Shown here: positions 38,293 through 47,177 of the stretch, in pieces
Position numbering within the stretch: the stretch's first letter is position 1
Layout of the letters: every line of letters starts with the position of its first letter
Source: an uncultured Chloroflexia bacterium
GTDB taxonomy: Bacteria > Chloroflexota > Limnocylindria > Limnocylindrales > CSP1-4
Length of the DNA: 64,000 nt
Assembly: GCA_963734535.1 (NCBI GenBank)
Contig: CAVTHS010000008.1
Coordinates: 160,001 to 224,000 of the forward strand
Direction of reading: 5' to 3'
Notes under the pieces: model-generated
Told to the model about the DNA's origin: nothing
Database searches by the model: none
What the model saw: only the letters and a program-made list of their open reading frames with translations
Position numbers and translations under genes: made by a program

Positions 38293-38775
38293 CTAGGGCG
38301 TGGCACGCCCGGTCGCGGCCTCGGCCTTCTCCTTGAGGGCAGCCAGCTCGGCCTCGAGCCGCGGCCCCATCCCGCCACGGGCCAGGCGCAGGAAGACGCG
38401 ACCCACCCGCGAGCGACCCTCGAGATGGACCGATCCGGCAACCCTGGTCCCGCCCGCTGCCGGCGTGAGCTCCCAGCGGCGCTCGCCGACGATCGCGCCG
38501 CCGCCGATGCCGACTCGGAACCGGCGTGCCGGGCGCGCTTCCAGGCTTTCGACCAGCGTCCCGAGCACAACCGGCCCCACCCGGAAGCGGGCGTGCCGGC
38601 GGGCGCCGGCGGCGGGCCAATCCGGGCCGGCCGGATCGAGGTGCAACCGGACGTCGCGCCAGACCGGGCAGGCAGGGTCGTGGAGCGCGGCCCAGACGAC
38701 GTCCGGCGGCGCGTCCACGAACAGGCGACGCTCGACCGCCCCTCGCGGGAGGCGCGAGCTGGGCCCCGCAGCCAC
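38293..38775 (-). CDS. SRPBCC (START-like) family protein; 5' end possibly frameshifted
   Basis: VDAPPDVVWAALHDP...WELTP..GGTRV...ELAALK. Confidence 0.75.
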   Translation of the reverse strand: MAAGPSSRLPRGAVERRLFVDAPPDVVWAALHDPACPVWRDVRLHLDPAGPDWPAAGARRHARFRVGPVVLGTLVESLEARPARRFRVGIGGGAIVGERRWELTPAAGGTRVAGSVHLEGRSRVGRVFLRLARGGMGPRLEAELAALKEKAEAATGRATP

Positions 38776-38908
38776 GCTCAGCGCCTCGTCGGTCGGCGGG
38801 CAGCATCCATGCGCCGATTATCGCACCGGCGTGGCGGCCTCCCCGATCCGCCCCGGCCGCCGTCACACTGTCGGACGAGCCTCATGCCGGGCAGGCGGAC
38901 CTGCGCTC

Positions 38909-41056
38909 CTACTTGCCGGCCCGATCCCTCGGGAGCGGCGGCAGGCGACGCTTCCCGGCCACCAGGTAATGGCCGAACCAGGCGCGCACCTGGACCAGGT
39001 TCTCCATCCGCCGGAACGGGGCGCCCGACCTCGTCAACTCGTGCGTCTCGTTGGGCACGCGCATGAAGCGGACCGGCCGCCGGAGGGTCCGCAGGACGGC
39101 GAAGAGCGCCTCCGCCTGGCTGATCGGGCAGCGCAGGTCGTTCTCCGCGTGCTGGATCAGGAGCGGCGTCCGGATCTGATCGGCATAGGTGAGCGGCGAG
39201 AGCCGTCGGTAGAGCTCAGGGTCCTCCCAGGGCTGTGCGCCGAACTCCATCTTCCCGAAGAGGCCGCCGGCGAGATCACCCGTGAGCATCAGCATCGCGA
39301 GGTCGGTCACGCTTCGGCAGGTCATCGCGGCAGCGAAACGCTGGTCCGCCCCCACGATCCAGTTCGTCAGGTAGCCGCCGTAGGAACCCCCCGCGACACC
39401 GAGTCGCTTCGGGTCGGCGAGCCCCGCCGCGACCGCGGCATCGACGTGGGCAAGCACGTCGCGCGTCGGGCCCACGGCCCAGTCCGGCACGTTCGCGGCG
39501 TTGAAGTCCTGGCCATAGCCCTCCGACCCCCGAGGGTTCGTGGCGAGAACGCTGACGCCCGACCCGGCGAGGACCTGGAACTCCCAGTACGGGGACCAGC
39601 CGTACAGGGTGTGCGGGCCGCCGTGGATCTCGAGGACCAGCGGCGCGGGCTCGCCCGCCTCCGCCGCTGCGCAGGGCATGAGCCACCCCTGGATCTCGCG
39701 CCCGTCGACGGTCACCCAGCGTTCGACCACCGGTCGCAGCTCGATCTCCTCGAGCGCCTCGTCGTTACAGCGGGTCACCCGGCGCAGCTCGGCGCCGTCC
39801 GCGTCACCCGCCGCCCCGTCCAGCGCCAGGTCGGCGACGTGCACATCGCCAAGCGCGGTGGGGTCCGACCTGACCAGCGCCACGCGCACGCCCAGGTTGG
39901 CGCGCCGGACGGCGTGCCAACCGGACAGGTAGTGGCGTCCATCGGTGAGGCGTTCCACCTCGCCGTCGTCGAGCGCGATCCGCCACAGCTCGTAGCTGCC
40001 GTGGATCGGAGCCGTGAACAGGAGATGGCGGCCGTCCGGGGCCGCCCACAGGCGCGCAGGCTCGCCGGGCGTGACGTCGCTGCCCATGCCCGAACCGGGC
40101 ATCAGGTCGTGGCGGCCCGAGAGGTTGCGCCCCGCGCCCGCCCGGGCGTCGCTGCCGTCCGCCGCGAACAGCCAGATGTCGTTGCGGCTCCCGCCGGCCC
40201 GGGGGTAGCGGTGGCCCAGCACGGCCACGGTCGTGCCATCGGCCAGCCAGGCCGGGGCACCGAACGCGGAGCCGCGGCCATCCGTGATCCGGACATCGCG
40301 ACCGCTCGCCACGTCGACGACGCGGACGTCGAACTGCCATTCGAGGTCCGGGTCGCGTCCGCCCTGGGCGACGTACGCGACACGGGAGCCGTCGGGCGAG
40401 AAGGCGGGCTCGTCGTGGCTCGTCCGGCCGCTGGTGAGGCGTCGGGCGGTGCCCGTGACCGCGTCGACGATCCACAGGTTCGGGACCCGGTCGTAGATGA
40501 AGCCCGGGCCGTTCAGCATGTTCTGGAGCCGATCGAGGTAGCGATAATCCGAGATCGGCGGCTGGCCGGGCTTCGGCAGCGGGGCCTTGCCGCGGGCTCG
40601 CGCGTCGGCCGGGCGGGTCGGCGCGTACGACGCGCTGCGAACGACGAGCGAGCCGCCGTCGGGCGCCCAGGCGAAGCCGTCGACGCCGCGCGGGAGGTCG
40701 GTCAGGCGGCGAGCCTCGCCGCCCTCGAGCGAAAGCACGTGGACCTGGGTCCCGTCCTCGCGGTCCACCGGCGCGTCAGGCTCGTCCTCCGTGACCGGCC
40801 GGCGATCGGACAGGAAGGCCAGGCTGTGGCCGTCGGGTGAGAACCGGGGATGCGTGTCGTGGCGGACGCCGATGGTCACCTGGCGAGGGGCGACGCTCCC
40901 GTCGGCCGGGGCAAGCCAGATCGCGTGGCGGTATGCGTCCCTGCCCCGCGTGGCGCTCTGGACAGTGAAGGCGATCCACTCGCCATCCGGCGAGAGCTGC
41001 GGATCGGTCGGGATCCGGAACCGGTAGAGGTCCTCGGGCTGCGGCGGGCGGGACAT
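38909..41056 (-). CDS. S9 family peptidase (acylaminoacyl/dipeptidyl aminopeptidase)
   Basis: SPDG beta-propeller repeats; IHGGP; catalytic GGSYGG, D in ENDLRC, H in ETHEL. Confidence 0.93.
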   Translation of the reverse strand: MSRPPQPEDLYRFRIPTDPQLSPDGEWIAFTVQSATRGRDAYRHAIWLAPADGSVAPRQVTIGVRHDTHPRFSPDGHSLAFLSDRRPVTEDEPDAPVDREDGTQVHVLSLEGGEARRLTDLPRGVDGFAWAPDGGSLVVRSASYAPTRPADARARGKAPLPKPGQPPISDYRYLDRLQNMLNGPGFIYDRVPNLWIVDAVTGTARRLTSGRTSHDEPAFSPDGSRVAYVAQGGRDPDLEWQFDVRVVDVASGRDVRITDGRGSAFGAPAWLADGTTVAVLGHRYPRAGGSRNDIWLFAADGSDARAGAGRNLSGRHDLMPGSGMGSDVTPGEPARLWAAPDGRHLLFTAPIHGSYELWRIALDDGEVERLTDGRHYLSGWHAVRRANLGVRVALVRSDPTALGDVHVADLALDGAAGDADGAELRRVTRCNDEALEEIELRPVVERWVTVDGREIQGWLMPCAAAEAGEPAPLVLEIHGGPHTLYGWSPYWEFQVLAGSGVSVLATNPRGSEGYGQDFNAANVPDWAVGPTRDVLAHVDAAVAAGLADPKRLGVAGGSYGGYLTNWIVGADQRFAAAMTCRSVTDLAMLMLTGDLAGGLFGKMEFGAQPWEDPELYRRLSPLTYADQIRTPLLIQHAENDLRCPISQAEALFAVLRTLRRPVRFMRVPNETHELTRSGAPFRRMENLVQVRAWFGHYLVAGKRRLPPLPRDRAGK

Positions 41057-41306
41057 GCACTGCCTCGAAGGTGGGTGGGCGGGCTGCGTGATGGTGGTGC
41101 GGACGATAGCAGCGGGCCGACCGCACCACCTCGCAGCCCCGCGTGCACGCGTCACTCCGCCGGCGAACGAGCCGCTCCACGAAGCCGCCCCAACGAATCT
41201 GCCCGCGAATCGGACCACGTGGGGGGCATTTTCGGGCACTTCCGCCGTGCAGCGCGCCACGCCGCGGGTGGATGATGCCGGCACACCGCAGCGGAGGCGA
41301 TCGTCC

Positions 41307-42212
41307 ATGCGCATCCTCCTTGCCGTCGACGGCTCGCCGTCCGCATTGCGGGCCCGTGACCTCGTGGCCAGCCTCCCGTGGCCCGCCGGCTCCGTGGTCC
41401 GGGTGATCGCCGCGCTCGATGTCGCCCCGGCCCTCTGGGGCGGCCCCTGGATCCCTGCCGTCCCGGCGGGCGCCGACGAGTACGAGGCCCAGGCGCTGCT
41501 CGAGCTGACCGACGTCATCGACGCGGCGCGCCTGCCGCTCGAATCGGCCGGGCTGAGCGTGGAGAGCGACCTGCTGCGCGGGGCTCCCGCGTTCGCGATC
41601 CCCGAGGATGCGAAGCTCTGGAAGCCGGACCTGACCGTGGTGGGGAGCCGCGGCCACGGACCCGTTGAGTCGGCGCTCCTGGGGTCCGTCTCGTCCGCTG
41701 TGGTGGACCATGCCGTCACGCCGGTCCTGGTCGCGCGCGGCGACCACGTGCGATCGATCCTGCTCGCCGAGGACGGCTCACCGGCAGGGATGGCCGCACG
41801 CGACCTCGTGCTGAGCTGGACGGCCTTCGCGGGGATCCCGGTACGGGTGGTGGGCGTCGTGGACGTGGCGGCGCCCTGGCGCTCCGGGATCGCGCCGACG
41901 ATGTTCTCCGCGGCCATGGACCTCTACGCGGAGATGATCGCGAACTCCCGAGAGACGTACGGCCAGGTGGTGGCCGCGACCGTGGCCACGCTCCAGGCCG
42001 CGGGCCGGACCGCGGAGGGCGACCTTCGCGAGGGCGACCCGGCCGCACAGCTGGTCCACGCGGTCCACGACATCGGGGGCGACCTCATCGTGATCGGCTC
42101 GCGGGGGCATACCGGGGTCAGCCGGATCGTGATGGGCAGCGTCGCCCACAGCGTCCTCCTGCACTCCCGGTGCTCCGTGCTGGTGGTGAAGCAGCCACAT
42201 CCGCCTCGGTAG
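41307..42212 (+). CDS. Tandem universal stress protein
   Basis: Two USP domains: ILLAVDGS...GSRG.G..LLGSVS and ILLAEDGS...GSRGHTG..MGSVA; SD GGAGG. Confidence 0.93.
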   Translation: MRILLAVDGSPSALRARDLVASLPWPAGSVVRVIAALDVAPALWGGPWIPAVPAGADEYEAQALLELTDVIDAARLPLESAGLSVESDLLRGAPAFAIPEDAKLWKPDLTVVGSRGHGPVESALLGSVSSAVVDHAVTPVLVARGDHVRSILLAEDGSPAGMAARDLVLSWTAFAGIPVRVVGVVDVAAPWRSGIAPTMFSAAMDLYAEMIANSRETYGQVVAATVATLQAAGRTAEGDLREGDPAAQLVHAVHDIGGDLIVIGSRGHTGVSRIVMGSVAHSVLLHSRCSVLVVKQPHPPR

Positions 42213-42257
42213 GTCCGGCGGCCCGCGCGGGGCCGACCGGCCGCTCGCGCGGGGCGC

Positions 42258-43553
42258 CTATCGGCGGCCCCTCGCCGCGGCGATGACCGTTGCGAGCGTG
42301 GGGCGTTGCCCGTACAGGAGGACGCCTGCCCGGTAGACCCGGATCGCCAGCCAGAGGGCGGCTGCGATCGCGACGAGGAGGAGCAGGATCGCGATCGCGA
42401 CCTCGGCCGCCGACACGTGACCCGTCATCAGGCGGACCAGCATGAGGTACGGGCTGAAGAACGGGACCAGGGAGAGCGGCGCGACCCACGGCGCGTCCGG
42501 CGATCCGGTCGCGATCGCCGCCGCGATGTAGCCGCCGAACGAGAGCAGCAGCATGGGCAACGCGACCTGCTGCACGTCCTCCTGGCGGCTCACCAGCGAG
42601 CCGGCCGCCGCGTACAGCAGGGCCGAGAGCGCGAACCCGAGCAGGAAGAAGACCGCGAACGCGACGAGGATCCCCCCGGTCAGGCCGACCAGCGGCCCGT
42701 CGCCGGCAGCGACGTCGCCGAGCAGCAGCTGCGCCAGCGGCCCCTGGAGGACGAGCGCGGCCACCGCCGGCACGATGATCGCGGTGTACTGGGTAAGTCC
42801 CGCCGCACCGACTCCCAGCACCTTGCCCCCGAGCAGCTCGCCGGTCGTCGCCGCGTTCAGCATCACCTCCATGACCCGGCTGCCCTTCTCCTCCGCCACG
42901 CTCGTCGCCACCCACATGCCGTAGGTCACGGACGTGATGAAGACCAGGATGACGAGGATCGTTGCGAGGATCGCACGGCTGGCCGAATCCGCCTCGAGCG
43001 GCTGCACGGGCGCGGCCGGATCAGCGGCCGTGACCCGGAAGTCGCCGACAAGCCCGGCGACCGTGCCCACGCGGTCGTTCACCGCGACGGCGAGTGTCGC
43101 GAGGCGCATGAGGATCACCTGCCGGCCCCCGGGCGGCGCGTTCGTCACGTACTCGAAGCTGGGCGTGCCCTCGGCGTCGCGGCCCACGAGCAGCAGGCCC
43201 GCCAGATCGCCGCGGACCACGCGCGCACGGGCGGCTGGAACGTCGGCGGCGGGGTCGATCGCCCAGGCCTGGCGCGTCGTCGGGTCGATCTGGGTCCGCC
43301 CGTTGAGGACGGTATCGAGCGACCGGACCGCCAGGACCTGCAGCGCGGCGTCGTCGGCATGGACCGCGAGCCTGACGACCGCGTTGCGGTCCATCGCGCG
43401 GACCAGGATGGGCACCAGGCCCGTGCCAACGGCGACGGCGGCCAGGAGGAGGGTGGAGAGCACGAAGGCGCGACTGTGCACGCGGACGCGATACTCGCGC
43501 CGGGCCACCAGGCGCACGTTGCGGAGGAATGGGCCGAGGCCGCCCGGGCTCAC
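42258..43553 (-). CDS. ABC-2 permease (NatB/YhgE-like); no ATPase gene adjacent
   Basis: LVARREY, EEKGSRVMEVML, LLGGKVLG, AAAGSLVSRQED, PFFSP; start GTG 43553 or 43568. Confidence 0.88.
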   Translation of the reverse strand: MSPGGLGPFLRNVRLVARREYRVRVHSRAFVLSTLLLAAVAVGTGLVPILVRAMDRNAVVRLAVHADDAALQVLAVRSLDTVLNGRTQIDPTTRQAWAIDPAADVPAARARVVRGDLAGLLLVGRDAEGTPSFEYVTNAPPGGRQVILMRLATLAVAVNDRVGTVAGLVGDFRVTAADPAAPVQPLEADSASRAILATILVILVFITSVTYGMWVATSVAEEKGSRVMEVMLNAATTGELLGGKVLGVGAAGLTQYTAIIVPAVAALVLQGPLAQLLLGDVAAGDGPLVGLTGGILVAFAVFFLLGFALSALLYAAAGSLVSRQEDVQQVALPMLLLSFGGYIAAAIATGSPDAPWVAPLSLVPFFSPYLMLVRLMTGHVSAAEVAIAILLLLVAIAAALWLAIRVYRAGVLLYGQRPTLATVIAAARGRR

Positions 43554-43702
43554 CCTCGGCACCTGCACGGTCCTTCGGCCATGCGGCCATGATGCCCGCT
43601 CCGGCCGGCGACCGCGCGCGGCGGATGCGCCGCTGACGGGACCCGCGCGCCGGGTGTGACGGCGGGCGACCTGCGCCGGGCGGCCGCGCCTACACTATGC
43701 CC

Positions 43703-44104
43703 ATGGCATCGAGCTACCTGCGGGGCGATGACCTGACCGCCCCGCTCCGCATCCACGCCGACCGGCAGGCGCGGACCGTTCGCGTGGAGTGGACGGACGG
43801 GCACGTCTCGACGTACGACTTCGTGCGGCTTCGCTGGCTCTGCCCATGCGCCTACTGCCGGGGCGAGATGGGCCAGCCCGGCTGGCTGGATTCCAGCCCG
43901 ACGCTCACCGGGGAGCAGACCCGGCTGGTCTCGATGGAGCCGGTCGGCGGGTACGCGGTCGCGCCCACCTGGGGCGATGGCCACCACACCGGGTTCTACA
44001 CCTTCACCTCGCTGCGCACCCACTGTCCGTGCCCGGAGTGCACGGTCGCCCGCGCCGCCGCCGGTCACCCCGACGCGGCAATCCCGAAGGGAGCACCACG
44101 ATGA
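43703..44104 (+). CDS. DUF971 (GBBH-like N-terminal) domain protein
   Basis: W.DGH.S.Y..LR..CPCAYC, VGGYA..WGDGHHTGFY; extra CPCPEC at the C-terminus; TACACT 6 nt upstream. Confidence 0.88.
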   Translation: MASSYLRGDDLTAPLRIHADRQARTVRVEWTDGHVSTYDFVRLRWLCPCAYCRGEMGQPGWLDSSPTLTGEQTRLVSMEPVGGYAVAPTWGDGHHTGFYTFTSLRTHCPCPECTVARAAAGHPDAAIPKGAPR

Positions 44105-44454
44105 TCGTCGCCACCACGCCCTACATCGCCGGCCACCGCGTCATCGACACGAAGGGGATGGTCTTCGGCCTGGTGGTCCGAAGCCGCGGACTGGGCGGCA
44201 ACATCATGGCCGGGCTCCGCTCGATCGGCGGCGGCGAGATCCACGAGTACACGGAGCTGCTCGAGGACACCCGGCGCCAGGCCATTGACCGGCTGATCCG
44301 CAACGCGACGCTCGCGGGCGGCAACGCGGTCATCTCGATGCGCTTCGACAGCTCGGAGATCGCGAGCACGATGTCGGAGATCGTGGCCTACGGGACCGCG
44401 GTCCTCGTCGAGGCGGACGCCTCGCAGACGGCCGCGACGACGCCGGTCGAGTGA
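44101..44454 (+). CDS. YbjQ (UPF0145) family protein
   Basis: MIVATT, GGEI.EYTELL..R, GGNAVISMRFD, AYGTAV. Confidence 0.92.
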   Translation: MIVATTPYIAGHRVIDTKGMVFGLVVRSRGLGGNIMAGLRSIGGGEIHEYTELLEDTRRQAIDRLIRNATLAGGNAVISMRFDSSEIASTMSEIVAYGTAVLVEADASQTAATTPVE

Positions 44455-44509
44455 CCCACGCCGCAGCTCGCGGCGCGCCGGCCGTCGGCGCGCCCGCGGG
44501 TGCCATGGT

Positions 44510-44869
44510 GTGAGCGCGGGCCTCGGCATCGTGCGCGTCCTGCTGGCGTTCTTCGGGGCCCTTGGCCTTATCGTGGGGCTGGCCATCATCGTCGCCGGCG
44601 GCCCCGGGGCGTTCGCCGGGCTGTGGCTCGTCCTCACGGGCGGCGTTCTCCTTCTCGCGGTCGCCTTCGAGCGGCAGCGCTACCGGAGCGAGCAGGCGGA
44701 CCGGGCCGGCGCCGACCCCGGTCCCGGCGGCGGGGAGCAGCTGGACGCGCCGATGGAGGCGCGGTTCCGGCGCACCGACGAGTTCTTCGAGGACCCGACC
44801 AGCCGCCAGCGGATGCGCGTCTGGCTCGACCCGTCGACCGGCGAGCGCCGCTACCGCGCCGAGGGGTAG
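44510..44869 (+). CDS. Hypothetical two-TM membrane protein
   Basis: Two hydrophobic helices, then ERQRY and TDEFFEDPTS..MRVW.DP.TGERRY; GC3-rich codon use. Confidence 0.7.
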   Translation: MSAGLGIVRVLLAFFGALGLIVGLAIIVAGGPGAFAGLWLVLTGGVLLLAVAFERQRYRSEQADRAGADPGPGGGEQLDAPMEARFRRTDEFFEDPTSRQRMRVWLDPSTGERRYRAEG

Positions 44870-45001
44870 CCCGCGTCCTCTCATGCCGGCTGCCCGGACC
44901 CGCGGCGGTTGGCACGTGGGGGCGTGCTACGATCGCGGGTCCGTGGACTCGCGCACTCCCGCCCTCGCGTTCGTGACCGCCCCTGGAGCCGATCTTCCCG
45001 C

Positions 45002-47155
45002 ATGACCACGCTTCGTGCCCGCTCCTCGCGCGCCGGGAGCCGCCGGCGCCCGGCAGCGCTGCCCTACCTGAACCGCGAGCTCTCGTGGCTCGACTTCAAC
45101 GCGCGCGTCCTCCACGAGGCCCGCGACGAGCGCACCCCGTTGCTGGAGCGGGCCAAGTTCCTGGCCATCTTTGCGTCCAACCTCGACGAGTTCTTCCAGG
45201 TGCGCGTGTCGGGCCTTCTGGAGCAGGTCGCGTCGGCGAGCGGCAAGCGGTCCCCCGACGGGCGCACCGCGGCCGAGCAGCTGGGGGCGATCCGTGCCCG
45301 GGTCCACGAGCTGGTCCGGGAGCACGCCCGGCTCCTGGCAGAGGTGCGCACCTCCCTGGCGGCCGAAGGGGTGGCGATCCTCGACCACGCGGCGATCCCC
45401 GAGCACCACGCCCGCCTTCGCGAGCGCTACCTCGAGGAGATCTTCCCGGTGCTGACGCCGCTCGCAGTCGCGCCCGGCCACCCGTTCCCGTATATCAGCA
45501 CGCTCAGCCTGTCGCTGGCAGTGGTGGTGCGCGATCCCGACGCCGGGGAGCAGCGCTTCGCCCGCATCAAGGTTCCCCAGATCCTGCCGCGCCTGGTCGC
45601 CGTGGACGCGCACGCCTACGTCCCCCTGGAGCAGGTCATCGCCGCGAACCTCGACGTCCTCTTCCCCGGCCTGGAGATCGTCGAGTCGCATCCATTCCGG
45701 GTCACCCGGGATGCGGACTTCGACATCGAGGAGGACGAGGCGGGGGATCTCGTGTCGGCGATCGAGCACGAGCTCCGCCAGCGGCGCTTCGGCTCGGCGG
45801 TGCGCCTCGAGGTGGAGGACGCGATGCCGGACGGCGTCCGCGACTTCATCCTCGACGGGATCGGCCTGGGCCCCGATGACCTGTACGCGGTCCCGGGAAT
45901 CCTCGACGCGACCTGCTTCTGGGAGCTCGCCACGCTCGACCTGCCCGAGCTGCGCGACCCGCCCTGGAAGCCCGTCATTCCGGCTCGCCTGACGCCGCAT
46001 GACGAGGGCGACGCCGTGGACGTCTTCGCCGCGGTCAGGCAGGGCGACATCCTGGTCCACCACCCGTACGAATCGTTCGGCGCGTCGGTCGAACGCTTCA
46101 TCGCGCAGGCCGCCGACGACCCCGACGTCCTGACCATCAAGATGGCGCTCTACCGCACGTCGGGCGACTCGCCGATCGTGCGGGACCTGATCCGGGCGGC
46201 CGAGCAGGGCAAGCAGGTGGTGGTTCTCGTCGAGATCAAAGCCCGTTTCGACGAGGAGGCGAACATCGTCTGGGCGCGCAAGCTCGAGCAGGCCGGCGCG
46301 CATGTCGTCTACGGCCTGGTCGGCCTCAAGACCCACTGCAAGATCTCGCTGGTAGTCCGGCGCGAGGGTTCGGGCTTGCGCCGCTACGTGCACCTCGGGA
46401 CGGGCAACTACAACCCCAAGACGGCACGCATCTACATCGACCTGGGACTGATCACCTCGCGCCCCGAGCTCGGCGCCGATGCGACCGATCTCTTCAACTA
46501 CCTGACGGGCCTGTCGCGCCAGCACCAGTTCCGCCGGCTCCTGGTTGCGCCGGTCGCGCTGCGGCCACGCCTGCGCGAGCTCATCGAGCGCGAGGCCGAG
46601 CAGGCCCGGGCGGGACGGCCCGCGCGGATCGTCGTCAAATGCAACGCGGTCGTGGATCCCGAGCTGATCGAGGCGCTCTATCGCGCCAGCCAGGCCGGCG
46701 TCGAGGTCGAGTGCATCATCCGTGGCATCTGCTCGCTGCATCCGGGCGTCCCCGGCGTGAGCGACCGGATCCACGTCCGCTCCATCGTGGGCGAGTTCCT
46801 GGAGCACAGCCGGATCTACGGCTTCCTCAACGGCGGGCGCCAGGAGTGGTACACGGGCTCGGCCGACCTGATGGAGCGCAACCTCGACCGGCGAATCGAG
46901 GTCGTCTTCCCGATCGAGGATCTCGAGGCGCAGGCACGTCTGGGGGAGATCATCGAGGTCATGCTGGCGGACGACCGGCGCTCGTGGCAGCTCGGGGCGG
47001 ACGCGACGTGGCGCCGGACCGAGGAGGTCAATGCCGCGGCCGGGACGACGGACACCTTCGCGACCCTCAAGGAGCGCGCCGAGCGCGCCGTCGTCCTCGG
47101 CCACGAGCCGCGCCGGCCGGCGGCTGCGGTCGGCTCGCTCGATCCGCGCGCGTGA
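45002..47155 (+). CDS. ppk1: Polyphosphate kinase 1
   Basis: YLNRELSWL.FN, SNLDEFFQVRV, HPFP, phospho-His VHHPY, KARFDE, KTHCK, GTGNYN, FLEHSR, SADLMERN. Confidence 0.97.
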   Translation: MTTLRARSSRAGSRRRPAALPYLNRELSWLDFNARVLHEARDERTPLLERAKFLAIFASNLDEFFQVRVSGLLEQVASASGKRSPDGRTAAEQLGAIRARVHELVREHARLLAEVRTSLAAEGVAILDHAAIPEHHARLRERYLEEIFPVLTPLAVAPGHPFPYISTLSLSLAVVVRDPDAGEQRFARIKVPQILPRLVAVDAHAYVPLEQVIAANLDVLFPGLEIVESHPFRVTRDADFDIEEDEAGDLVSAIEHELRQRRFGSAVRLEVEDAMPDGVRDFILDGIGLGPDDLYAVPGILDATCFWELATLDLPELRDPPWKPVIPARLTPHDEGDAVDVFAAVRQGDILVHHPYESFGASVERFIAQAADDPDVLTIKMALYRTSGDSPIVRDLIRAAEQGKQVVVLVEIKARFDEEANIVWARKLEQAGAHVVYGLVGLKTHCKISLVVRREGSGLRRYVHLGTGNYNPKTARIYIDLGLITSRPELGADATDLFNYLTGLSRQHQFRRLLVAPVALRPRLRELIEREAEQARAGRPARIVVKCNAVVDPELIEALYRASQAGVEVECIIRGICSLHPGVPGVSDRIHVRSIVGEFLEHSRIYGFLNGGRQEWYTGSADLMERNLDRRIEVVFPIEDLEAQARLGEIIEVMLADDRRSWQLGADATWRRTEEVNAAAGTTDTFATLKERAERAVVLGHEPRRPAAAVGSLDPRA

Positions 47156-47177
47156 CGTAGCGCACGGGCAGGCAGAC

